Below, in pieces: positions 27,167 through 39,248 of a stretch of 64,000 nt of DNA. The notes below the pieces were generated by a model. It was not told the origin of the DNA and searched no databases. It was given only the letters and a program-made list of their open reading frames with translations. The stretch's first letter is position 1. Each line of letters opens with the position of its first letter. The stretch comes from Octopus sinensis (lineage: Eukaryota), in contig NC_043006.1 of the NCBI RefSeq assembly GCF_006345805.1, positions 71,920,001 to 71,984,000 on the forward strand. The letters run 5' to 3'. The position numbers were made by a program, and so were the translations under genes.

Positions 27167-27747
27167 GGAAAGACTTCCGCCCATCCCCCCATTTTCTCCC
27201 AAATATGTTTATTTAATTTTTTTTTTTTTTGCCAGAAATCCCCATTTTCGTATACGGAAGTTCTGGAAAATTGCCAAAAAATCAGCATTGTTAAATTTCC
27301 CCCCTTCCCCACCCCAGCTCTTCATTTTGACTTTTTCCTCAACACTAACTCTAACCCTAAAACGCTAACCCTAAAACGCTAACCCTAAAACCCTAATCCT
27401 AACCGTAACTACAGGAATGTTTTGAAATTTTTGTCCGAATCATAATGTCTGTATTTTTCTGCATATTTAGAAAAACAAATTCCTAAAAAAAATTTTACCA
27501 AGATTTTGGGAAATTTGTTTCAGAATCATAATATCCGTATTTTTCCGCATATTTTGAAAAAAAAATTTCAGAAAAAAGCAAGAAATTAAGGAAATAGGGG
27601 TGGTGGTGGGGATAATTTTAAAATGCCGATTTTTACCAATTTTTTTTTTTTTGCTGATTCGTATTCCCCGTAGCCGAAAAGGGTGGTTTGTGTGAAAAAA
27701 GAAAATTAAGAAAAGGTTGTTTTTGGGGTGGGTGCGGAAGTCTTGCC
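27167..27747. mobile_element. MITE with TIR GG(C/A)AAGACTTCCGC and internal telomere-like repeats
   Basis: Inverted termini in (AT)n; CTAACCCTAAAACG repeats 27345-27410. Confidence 0.75.
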
Positions 27748-27840
27748 ATATATATATGGGAACGTCTTTCACAGCGGTGGTGCCCCAGTATGGCCGCGGC
27801 CTTCGGGCTAAAACATTTAAAAGGATTTTAAGGATTTATA

Positions 27841-28305
27841 TATTGGGTTGGCAATTATGTACCCGCGGTTTTTTGGAATCAATTTTTTTTCGAGAATTCT
27901 ATTTTTTAATCATTTTGGAATCTTTTTTTTATAATTAATTTTAGTTAATTTTTGTTTATTTTCAGATCATTGAAATGGAATGTCAAGTTAAGAAAAACGC
28001 GCATTTTCGACACCTCCTTCTTTTTGCTTTTAATCAAGGTTCTAAGGCCACAAAAGCTGCTCACGACATTTGTGCTGTGTATGGAGAGGGTGCCATAGTT
28101 GAAAGAACCTCTCGTGATTGGTATGCCAGGTTAAAAAAATGGAAATTTTGACCTCAAAGACGCACCTCATTCTGGCCGTCCAGTTGAGTTCGATGAAGAG
28201 CAATTAAACCAACGTTTGCACGAAAATTCTCGTCAAAAAACAAGGGAACTGGCAGAGAGAATGGAATGCTCCCATACTGCTACAGAGAAGCATCTTCACT
28301 CGTAG
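27841..28305 (+). mobile_element. Mariner 5' fragment (TIR and frameshifted transposase N-terminus)
   Basis: TATTGGGTTGGC start; ATG 27975 MECQVKKNAHFRHLLLFAFNQG..ICAVYGEG..WYAR / NGNFDLKDAPHSGRP. Confidence 0.85.
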
Positions 28306-28375
28306 CAGTTGCCTACATTTTGTATGTAGTGTACCTATAACGAATCAAACCCTATGGATCGATTTATGTATTTGT

Positions 28376-29355
28376 TTACATACACATTCCATTTGCATCT
28401 ATGTTCATTGATACACACTTAACCATTACAGGTAGCTTATCTGGTATTCCTTGATGAAATCTGCACAGACTCCGTTTAAATGTGATGGGATCCTTTTCCT
28501 CTTTAATCAGTTTTGGGACAATGTTAAACAGGGCAGGGCCTGTTGAGGAAAAGAAATTATGTCGCAGTGTACCTATATGTTGTGATCTTGTATTGGGCAG
28601 GGGACGTATGGCCCGTGGTCCCAGCCTTGGATGAACCTTGAAACTAATGTTCAGGTCATTTGGGCAATGCTGGCGGTACATTCTCCACATCGTACAAATG
28701 ATGTACTGCTCGCAGCGACGCTGGAGAGAGTAGAGTTTCAAGGCTTTAAGGCGGTCCCAGTAATCGAGGTCAGTCATGCCTTCAATTCGTTTAGTGAGTG
28801 CCATCTGGGGTGATTCAATCCTCGAGATGTTTTGTTTTGTATGGGGAGATCACAAGGGGCAGCAATATTCGAGGTGTGGCCGTACAAAGGAGAAAAGTGG
28901 AATAATGACGCCTAGTTCTCTGGACCGGAAGGTTCTTAAGATCCAGGAGCTTGTAGCGGGCGAAATTGATTAGTAAAGAATATTATGATGTGTTGATAGT
29001 TAGCAGTTACGATAAAAATTTGTTGTTATAATTGCATGTTGTAGGATAAGAGGTTAGAAAGGATCAAGTGGTGAAAACATTTTTTCGGCCTAGCTAAAGG
29101 CATCTGGAAAATCTAAAACTGCTGTCAGAGAAAAACCATTGTTCCACTGTGGGAAAAGTTCTGTAGCAGTGTTAATTTAAATTTGGCTGTGGTGGATCGA
29201 ATCCGCTTCATGCTTGCAAGATTCACTACAAGCTCATCCTACGTGCTATATCGACCTTATTGTTGATGTGGGCACTCCAACTGAGATTGTTATCAACAAT
29301 TACACGCAGGTCTCTGATATTATTAGATGCTGTGAGCGGTTCCCTAGAAGGAAGA
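28376..29355 (-). mobile_element. Degenerate CR1/Jockey-group LINE fragment interrupted by a solo LTR
   Basis: IRDLRVIVDNNLSWSAHI / VRPHLEYC / YWDRLKALKLYSLQRR / GPALFNIVP. Confidence 0.85.
28952..29230. mobile_element. Solo LTR (probably Gypsy-type)
   Basis: TGTAG...CTACA termini, 4-bp TSD AGCT (28948-51, 29231-34). Confidence 0.75.
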
Positions 29356-30312
29356 GAGTATGGCTGTTTCAGTATAGACTTTCTCCTAAAATATCTTTTT
29401 TTATCTAGTCGAGTTTCGTAAATTTTATATCAAGTGCCATTTTTCCTTGACTCTCTTTTATTTGACCCAGATATATATATACTTATTTAATTTCTTCTGA
29501 TTTTTTTGATGTCTAGAGATGGATATTGATATGTATGAGTCTGTTTTCTGGAGAACTAAAGTGGCAAATTTACATGATCTTGTCTAACTCATTTTGTCCC
29601 AGCCAAATTGGGTTTTTTATACGCTCAAATAGAACGGTAATGATTTTCTGAAATAGGGATCAGATTATGTTATAATGCTTTTTATGCATTTATGGAAGGC
29701 AATTTGCTTAGCTTTTGTAAGGGAGTGAATATTTGCAAAAAATATATTTTGTCTCAAAGTCAAAACTGCAGAAAGAATACCTCATTTTGGTACTCGTCTA
29801 TAACAGTAATTATCTTGACTTGTAATAAAACATAAAAAAAACTTTCATATGAGATTTCAATTTTTGACATACCGGGGCTGTGTGGTAAGTAGCTTGTTTA
29901 CCAACCACATGGTTCCGGGTTCAGTCCCACTGCGTGGCACCTTGGGCAAGTGTCTTTTACTATAGCCTCGGGCCGACCAAAGCCTTGTGAGTGGATTTGG
30001 TAGACGGAAACTGAAAGAAGCCCGTCGTATATATGTATATACATATGTGTCTGTGTGTGTTTGTGTGTCTGTTTGTCCTTCTAGCATTGCTTGACAACCG
30101 ATGCTGGTGTGTTTATGTCCCCGTTACTTAGCGGTTCGGCAAAAGAGACCAATAGAATAAGTACTGGGCTTACAAAAAAATAAGTCCCGGGGTCGAGTTG
30201 CTCGATTAAAGGCGGTACTCCAGCATGGCCGCAGTTAAATGACTGAAACAAATAAAAGAGTATACCATTGTGGTTAATGGTGGTGCCTCAAGCCCTCAAC
30301 CCTTTTTGGCAA

Positions 30313-30408
30313 GGACTGGCGTACTAAACGATGCATAAATCATCGGAATGGCGTACTAAACGATGCATAAATCATCGGACTGGCGTACTAAACGATGCAG
30401 AAATCATC
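30313..30408. repeat. 32-bp tandem repeat x3
   Basis: GGACTGGCGTACTAAACGATGCATAAATCATC. Confidence 0.9.
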
Positions 30409-30679
30409 AATCTTCAGCTTTTATAGAGTAGAGGGCCTCATTAACATTTCTCTAATTGGGCCCCGCACTTCCTAGCGCCGGCCCTGGTTTCCCTCACACC
30501 ATATTTTATTTAAAAATAAGGACACATTGAATATCGTGATCTGACGGTATAGTCATCAATGGAATACCTTTGATCACATGTATGTTCGAAAGATAATAAC
30601 CCGGGAGTTTTATTAGTAACCACAACAACCACAACAACAAGTCTGCTTGTACTTCCTCTCTCTCTCTTTCAGCTTTTTT

Positions 30680-30922
30680 ACCGACCGGAAGCCTATGTAA
30701 TTCAGACATGCGCGTTGTAAGCTTCTGTCCATGGTGGCTGAATGTCGCAATTAAGCGTAATTTGCGGCTTGACTTTTACATATAAAGATATATAAACAAC
30801 ATTATACACACAGATATATATACACATATATAAAGAAAGATAGATAGATATATATATTTATATTTTTTCTATTTAACTCAGTTTTCTCAGCCCATGGAAC
30901 ATTAGTGAACCGTGAGAGAGGG
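30680..30922 (+). promoter_or_regulatory. Probable TRRAP core promoter and non-coding first exon
   Basis: Non-repetitive CpG-containing stretch with ETS-like CCGGAAG (30685-30691), NRF1-like CATGCGCG (30707-30714) and YY1-like CCATGGTGGC (30729-30738), ending in strong donor GG|GTAAGC at 30923; the first TRRAP coding exon has an acceptor, so an upstream exon is needed. Confidence 0.55.
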
Positions 30923-33900
30923 GTAAGCTTTGCTTTATCTTATTTAAATTGTTATTTTGCTTCACTCAGCCAATTAATATACACACATACATGATAAAAA
31001 GCACACATAAACACACGTGTGTATGTGTTTTGATCTTTTTCATCTATACACAATTTTTGCATTTGCTTCTTGGATGGAAATCTGTCTTTTCAAGTCAATT
31101 ACGTCGTTAACGATTCTTCGAAAAAGAAAAAAAAAAAAGAAAACAGATCAACATTACATCCCATTCCTCTCCCTCCTCCATCTATGATTTTCCGATTTTA
31201 TTGTCTGTTTAAGAAATCAAGAGTATTTTAGACATTTAAAAAAAAGCAAGGAAATGTTTTTCATGTTTCGTTTTTGTTCCAGTTTATATATATATATATT
31301 ATATATATTTATGTATGTTTTTTCGATTTTAATTATATCCCTTTTCTAGCTTTGAGTTCAAATCCCTTCGCAGATGGACGTTGTTTTACCTTAGAATAAG
31401 TACCGCTATGGTACTTCGCTTCATCCCAAAGACTCCTCTTCGTCAACCAAAATGTTTGGCCTTGAGCCAATATAAGAAACTATTAATATCATAGTTTTTC
31501 GGTTTCTCTTTTATCCTTCCGGTTTTGGGAGCGGTGGAGTCGATCAAACGAAACGATACCTATCATGTACCGAGGTAAAAGTAGCCATCTACTCGACTGT
31601 GCTCTCTCCTTCCTCAGATTTCTGGACTTGCGCCGATATTCCAACGGAATTTGAACTCGGAATGTAACGAGCCGGAAGAAATGCTGCTATGTGTTTTGTC
31701 TGGCATGCTAACGATTCTGTCACATCGTCTCCATAAAATGTCAAGCCTTATGCCTATAGTAGAAATAATAATAATAATAGTATTATTATTATTATCGGCG
31801 ACGAACCAGTAGAATCATTAGCACACTGGACAAAATGCTTAGCGGCATTTCTTCCGGCTTTACGTTCTGAGTTCGACCGTCGAAGTCAGTTTTGTCTTTC
31901 ATCCTTTCGGAATCGATCAAATAAGTACCAGTTGAACACTGGAGTGAATGAAGTCGACTAGTCCTCTCTCCCAAAATTTCAGGCCTTATACTGTCTGTAG
32001 AAGAAAGAATTGTTATTATCTTTGGCGTATTGGACAAAATGCTTAGTGACATTTCTTGTGGCTCTTTACATTCCGAGTTCAAATCTCGTCGAGATCAACT
32101 TTGCCTTTCATTCTCTCGGGGTCGATAAAATGAGGTACCAGTCAAATTTCAGGCCTTGTGCTTGAATTAGAAACAAGGGCCCCAAGCCAGTAGGACAGGT
32201 GTTCCCAAACTTTTTCGGACTGCTGCTCCCTTGACGCCCAGGCCACATTCCGAGCGCCTCACCCCAACTAACCATCACAAACATAGACTCCTTTCTGAAG
32301 CAAATTCAAAGCAACAGTATTTCACAAATAAAACTTAACCTAATGAACCCATTATTTTGTTGTTTTTACATGAATTGTTACCCCATTATCGCCCCATTTT
32401 TCTTCAACGCCCCCAGGAGGTGCAAAACCGTCTGCTTTGGAAACCACTGTGTTAGAATTGCTGATACGGCGGATAAAATGCTTTGCAACATTTCTTTTGG
32501 CTGTATCTTTTGAGTTCAAATTCAGCCGAGGTTGACTTCGCTTTTTCCTCCTTTCAGGAGTCAGTAAAATAAATACTACTCAAATACTGGATTTTCTTCC
32601 TTCCACTAAAATTGCTGGCCTTGTACAAAAATATGAAACAATTATTATTATGGGCATTGAGCGGGTAGAATTGTTAATACATCAGACGGAATGCTTTGCG
32701 ATATTCTGAATTCAAATCCAGCTGAGATCAACTTTGCATTTAATCTTTTCATTGTCTGTAAAATAAGTACCAGTGAAGTACTGGTATCAATGTAAGGGAT
32801 TAATCTGCTGGCCCTTGTGTGTATATTAGAAATAATTGTTGTTTAGCTCCATCCAAGTTCTGATCCAACAGATCTCCTCTCAGAGATGTTCCATCACCAC
32901 CATTCTGTCTTTTATTCAGGCATAGTATATCTAGAACAGCTTTATCTAAAACAGTGGAGTCACAGTCTTGGAGTTGGAGTCAGAAACAATTAAGGAGTAG
33001 CTGGAGTCTGAGTCTGTAAAACTATACTGACTCCGACATCTTTATTGTTTAATATAAACCAGTTATAACATATAGGCCTACTCAAAGTACAAGTGTATGC
33101 ATAATGAAATATGCAGACCACAATCACTTAATTACATATAGAGGAGTCAGATTTTTGTTTCGACTCCACAGCCCTGGTCATGTTAAAATTTGTGCAACAG
33201 ATTGATTATACTTTTACACTGCACAAAATAATTTAACAATTTTTTAATATAATTCCTAATATTTAATTATAAAAATATGATAGTATTTTTTAAACACTGA
33301 ATGACTGTGTGGGTTTACCCAAGTAAAATAGAAATCAAAGGGGTTCATAGGTAAAAAATGATTGAGAGATCTAAAATGATCTAAAGTGTCCTTTGCGGTG
33401 GTTGTTTATTTCTAGTTCCAGGCCAGCCCTAATCTGGAAGGCTTACAACCAAATGTGTTTCACCATCAATCTTTTATCCTGACGTAGTGTATCTAGGACT
33501 AATTTACCCGATATACTCTTTCTTCAACATAGTAGGATGTGATTTGAGGAGAATGTCAAATCGCCTCCCCAGCAATGATCTCTTGTGACTGGGCTTTCAC
33601 CTTGACTCTTTTGCGCAACATTTTCCCAGAATTAGGGGAATCTGAGGAGAAGAGGATCAAGCAGGTTAACTTTGTGTGTGTGTTTGTTTGTTGGGGTACG
33701 TACTTGATTATTTGGATCGTGGTAGTTAGTTCTGTTGTTGGTAATGGACAGCTGTTTGGGTAGAGGTAGATAATGCAGTTGGTAAAACCCTAAACATAAT
33801 ACTGTCTTCTGATATAGACAAATTTTGAAATCAGACTCCTGTAACAAACTTACTTTGCAGCTTACTAGAAAAAAAAAATCAGTACCAGTCATGTTGTCAT

Positions 33901-35115
33901 ATAATTGACTATGTCCCCTTCTTCCCACCCAGTGTGGCCTTGTTAGGACTCATCGTCATTGTTTTAATGACCACTTTCCCATGCTCCCATGGGTTGAATG
34001 GAATTCGTTAAGGCAGATTTTCTATGGTTGGATGCTCTTCCTGTTGTGAATCCTGAACTATTTCCAAGTAAGGTAATATTTTCATGGAAGATTAGGAAAA
34101 AAGGATGCTGCTTGTATAGATATTAAATGACAATGACATCGTCATCAATTAATGTCCGTTTTCCATACTGACATGGGTTGGACCTTTTGACTGAGGTCTA
34201 GAGAGCCAGTGGCTGCACCAGGTCCCAATCTGATCTGGCAGAGTTTCTACAGCTGGATGCTCTTCCTAATGCCAACCACTATAAGAGTGTAGTGGGTGCT
34301 TTTTACACACGCGCATACATATTTACATGAAAGGCTTCATTCCGTTCTCAACGGTTCGGTTGGTCTGGAGTTTCTACATAGTGGGACTGAACCCATGACC
34401 ATGTGGTTGGGAAACAAACTTCTTACACAGCCATGCCTGTGTGTATTTGAATGAATAAACAAAATCGTTTTATTATTTTAATGTATTTACATCAACCTTA
34501 AGTTGAAAAATTCCTGGAGAAACCAATCTTAATGAGCTGTGTGTCTATCTATTTCCTGCTCTTCACCACTCCTTCCCACTTAGATAGGTCAGTTAGACTC
34601 TTGCTAAAAATGTGTCCTTCTGTCTGATATGTAGAGGTGAAATGTCTTTTTTTTTTTAGATTTGATATCATCATCATCATCATCATCATCGTTTAACGTC
34701 CGTTCTCCATGCTAGCATGGGTCGGGCGGTTCGACCGGGGATCTGGGAAGCCAGAAGGCTGCACCAGGCTCCGGTCTTATCTGGCAATGTTTCTACAGCT
34801 GGATGCCCTTCCTAACGCCAACCACTCCGTGAGTGTAGTGGGTGCTTTTTACGTGCCACCTGCACTGGTGCCAGGCAAGGCTGGCATCGGCCACGGTCGG
34901 ATTGGTGCATTTTACATGCCACCTGCACGGAAGCCAGTCGAGGTGGCACTGGCTTCGGCCACGATTCGGATGATGCTTTTTACGTGCCACCGACACGGAA
35001 GCCAGTCGAGGCGGCGCTGGCATCGGCCACGATTCGGATAGTGCTTTTTACGTATCTCCAGTCCAGGGTCCTGGCATCAGCCGGGTGCCAGTCATAGGAT
35101 TGGTTCATGTCATTT

Positions 35116-35149
<34 letters not shown>

Positions 35150-36149
35150 ATAATTATTTTCTTAAGTAAGAAGATGGATTTGGTATTAATCTTTATTTTG
35201 TACAATGGTAATAATATTTACTAACAATAGTTACTGCTTGAAATACTAATGAGGCTGTAGTGATCCACAGATCTAATCAGGATGCCAGAAGGTATATGTG
35301 TGCGTGTGTAGATATATGTATGCATGTGCATCTGTGTGTATGGGTAGGGCGGGGCAGGGTATGTATGCGTATGTGCATATGTGCATGTATGCACATGACA
35401 TGCAAGTGTGTGTGTGTTTATATCTATGGGTAGATATATATCTATGCTCATGTAAATATATGTATATGAGAGTGTGTGTGTATGTATATGTGTGTCGTGC
35501 ATGTGTATATACATAAAAATATATTTATGTATTTAGGGGCCCAAGTGTATGTATGTGTATATGTAAATACATATGCATGCATACATGTACGTATATGTGT
35601 ATGTGTATATATATATATATATATAAAGACAGATATATATATATATATATAGGCACAGGGATGAGTGATTCACCCTTGGTGATACAGACGCCAAGCAGGT
35701 CAGATTGCCTGTGTACTACTCCAGTCTCGAGGCAAGCGTGACAACACACTACTCATGAGGCTATCTTCTAACCATAAATTATACCAAGTACAGCTGAGAT
35801 TGATTGGATGGGTGGGTGGCCAATGTTCCCTGTGTGAGTGCATTTATGAGCGAAAGTGTGTGTATATGTATACGCATCCTGATCTAAGCTAGTTAGCTAA
35901 ACAACTTTCCGCCCCCTAGATATCACAGCCTGCGTATATCTCTCTCCCTTCTAATACCATTACTCTGTCTTAAACCCAATGTAACTCAATCCATCCATTA
36001 ACTTCCTCTACAAACTTTTTTTTTTTAATTGACTATTATTTATCTATATTTACAAGTGTTTGCAACTCTTACTGAGAAAAGATAATAGTATTAGAATATT
36101 GTAGTGATGCTTCATTCCATAAAAAACTCAGGATCTTTAGCGAGACACA

Positions 36150-36267
36150 AATCTTTATGTATAGATGTATCTGATGAGACCCAGACCGCAAAATTGATGT
36201 AACACATGTTGAAAGTAGTCCCACCCATAAGGATGGGTCGAAACAACCATTGTACAAAATAAAGATT
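36150..36267 (+). ncRNA. Hammerhead ribozyme fold (proximal stem I imperfect)
   Basis: CUGAUGA(36171)-GACCCA..UGGGUC-GAAA-CAA(CCA)UUG-UA^; distal helix AAUCUUUAU/AUAAAGAUU. Confidence 0.65.
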
Positions 36268-39151
36268 AATACCAAATCCATCTTCTCGTTACTTAAGAAA
36301 TTATTATTATTATTATCTCAACTAACATTATGGAATTCCTGAAGTAGATCCAATGGAAACATACCTCAACTGTGGATGACACCAGTTAGCCCAAACTGTG
36401 CCAGTTCCGCCTGACGGGCTCCTGTGCCGGTGACATGTAAAAAAGTACCATCTGAACGTGGCCGATGCCAGTACCCTCTGACTGGCTCCTGTGCTGGTGG
36501 CATGTAAAAAACACCATATGTGATTGACCCCAGGACTGCCTGACTGGCCCCCATACTGGTGGCACATAAAAAGCACCATCGGAATGTGGCCAATATCAGT
36601 ACCCCATGACTGACACCCGTATTGATGGCACGTAAAAACCACTATCCGAATGTGATTGATGCCAGGCCTGCCACACTGGCTCCTGTGCTGGTGGCTCATG
36701 AAAAGCACCCACTACACTCTCGGAGATATGCCACTTTTTCTGAATTTTATGAGAGAATTATTTTATTTGTAAACCCTTTCAGTACCAAGTAAATCCTTCT
36801 CTGTAATATTTTTATAATATTGATATTCTCATGTTTAATTGATATAATTTAATGCCAAAAATAAACATTTTTGGTGTGGATTCTAAGAACATTAATAGAG
36901 CAAATTGTTATGTTTTGTTTCTTTCGATTGTTTGGTTTAGCAGAGGGGATTGCACCCATGGAGTTTGCTGGCTCCTGAAAGACCAGTGAGGTCATTGTGG
37001 TTGATTTATTTGAACAACTGCAAGTTTTGGGCAGGGAGGGATACCACAGGCCTGACATGCTGGGAAGAAAAGACTGAGCAAAGTGATTAGTGAGAGAGCT
37101 TGGGGTTGGGAAGGATAGACCTGTAATGAGCTGGCACAAAATTAGTCAGCTTTCATGAGTAAGAGTTGTAGAAGAGGAGGTAGACTGATGAGATGGTACA
37201 TCTATGATCCAGGAACTGGTGTGTTTTAGTAAGCAACTTTATGTCAAGTAGCTGTGTGGCCTTTTTTTTTAAATGTGGTCTGGAATGTTTGTATGTGTAG
37301 CAGCAGTATGTGTATGACTGACAGTATACCAGCTATGACTGTCCATACATTTTTGTATAAGTAGTGTATCTGGGATCACATAGTTCATTGTGTTTTTGTT
37401 TGCAAATGGCTGTGGTGTAGTTGGAGGAGGTTTGGCTGCTTTTTTTCTAAACAGGAAAAGCAACCATACTGAAACACAAGGCTTCTGTAAGAAGTCATTC
37501 TTTCAAATCTTCAGGTTGTAAAGCTTTAATACTCATTTGCTATAAAACTTTTATGGTAAATGTGGTGTATAAAAGATTGTGCATGTGTGGTTAGGAAGCT
37601 TGCTTCCCCACCATGTGGTTTTAGGTTCAGTTCTACTATGCAACTCTTTGGATAAGTGTCTTCTATTATAGCCCCAAGTCATCCAAAGCCTTCTGACTGG
37701 ATTTGGTAGACAGAAACTGAAAGAAGCCCATTGTATATTTGTGTTTACTCTTGTTTTGACATCATTTGACGGTTGTAAACAAGCATGTTGTTTATTTCCA
37801 GTTTTCTGTGAAAAATATGTCTGATCACGTGGTTATATAATTATCTTGCTTGAAAACAGATAAGGGTTGACAGCCGGAAGGACATCCAGCCATAGGAAAT
37901 CTACGGCAAACTCCATCTGATCCATGCAAGCATGGGAAAATGGATATTATATGATGATGAGTATTTTAAATTAAATCATTGAGGTTGATTGCTGAGGAGT
38001 GCAATCCTTACAGAAAACAATGGTGAAACTTGTGTTATCATATTTAATAATAATAATAAATACTAAGTATCAAAAATCCAGTTAGTAATAATTATTTGGT
38101 AGAGAAAAGATAACATTAATTCAATGATTGATATTTATTTCACTCATTTCAGCAAATATGGATGATATTAGTACTTGTTTCAATATTATGAAACCTCCTC
38201 AGAAAAGCATAAACCTCCCTGTACTTACTGAGGTGTTTACAGACTGTGTGATTTTCTGTCTATTTTTGTATAGCTTAAGTGAGATTTCATTCTTCTTCAA
38301 TTAACTATTTTTATAGCTAGGATCTCTGTTGTTTGTCACTAAACCATGAAGTGGGAGTGGCACACATTAATGGAGACAGTAAAGATTTTGGGTGGTTCAG
38401 TTTTGGTTGGAACATATAATAGCCTTGGAGTTTTGTGCTCTGTGATCTTTCATGTGAAACTTGAGCTGTGGTCTCTACCTCCATTTTTTTGTGTATGAGC
38501 ATTAGATGGCAGAATTGGTGTGTTATGAAAATACTGTATTTGATGGTATAAAAGACACACAGGTATATTAAATGCACCACAATTTCAGCAACATACTCAG
38601 CAAAAAGTGAGTGTCTGAGGAAAGCATTAGCTTATGGGAGGCCTAACTTTGTGTATAGACTCAAGGTAATTTTTTTCTTTTTGTGAGAAGAAAATGCCAC
38701 ATGCTATCAAATATGGTACCTTGTGGTATTTCTCTCCAATTCATTTACATCTTTTTATGCCTAGGTCATATTTTATTTATTTTCTTTGTTCTCCTCTGGG
38801 GTTGATAAAATAACTACCAAACCAAGTATTGGATTCAATGTACAATGACTGAAACCAATAAAAAAAAATCTAAATGTATTTTAACTCTTTAGCATTCGGA
38901 TTGCACTGTCAAATGCAAAGCTTATTTACTCAAATTGTTTTGAATTAATCCCGCATTATCTTGTAGCTTCAGGATTTCAATGACGTGATTGTTTACTCTT
39001 AGAATTACATTGTAGGGTAGGTGTGAGAGGCTGGATGTGGCTGGTTTGAATATAAAATAGATAGGACATTAGGGCCGCATATGACTGGTTTGAATGCTAA
39101 ATGGTTAATGTTGTTTTCTTTCTTTTTGTCAGGTGATATTTTAATTGCTGA

Positions 39152-39248
39152 ATGATGCTGGCCCCCTCGATGAATCCACATGATGCTGCAGCTCAGATGA
39201 CTACAGTGAAGTCATACATTGCTTTAATTGCGGACCCTACACCTGCAA
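39152..39248 (+). CDS. TRRAP: TRRAP first coding exon
   Basis: Acceptor AG 39131-39132; MMLAPSMNPHDAAAQMTTVKSYIALIADPTPA(I); phase-1 donor A|gtaggt matches next exon; which Met initiates is uncertain. Confidence 0.8.

Noticed and set aside
37184-37210. CTGATGA-GATG(GTA)CATC hammerhead-like start
   Set aside because: Followed by TATG rather than GAAA; likely chance.
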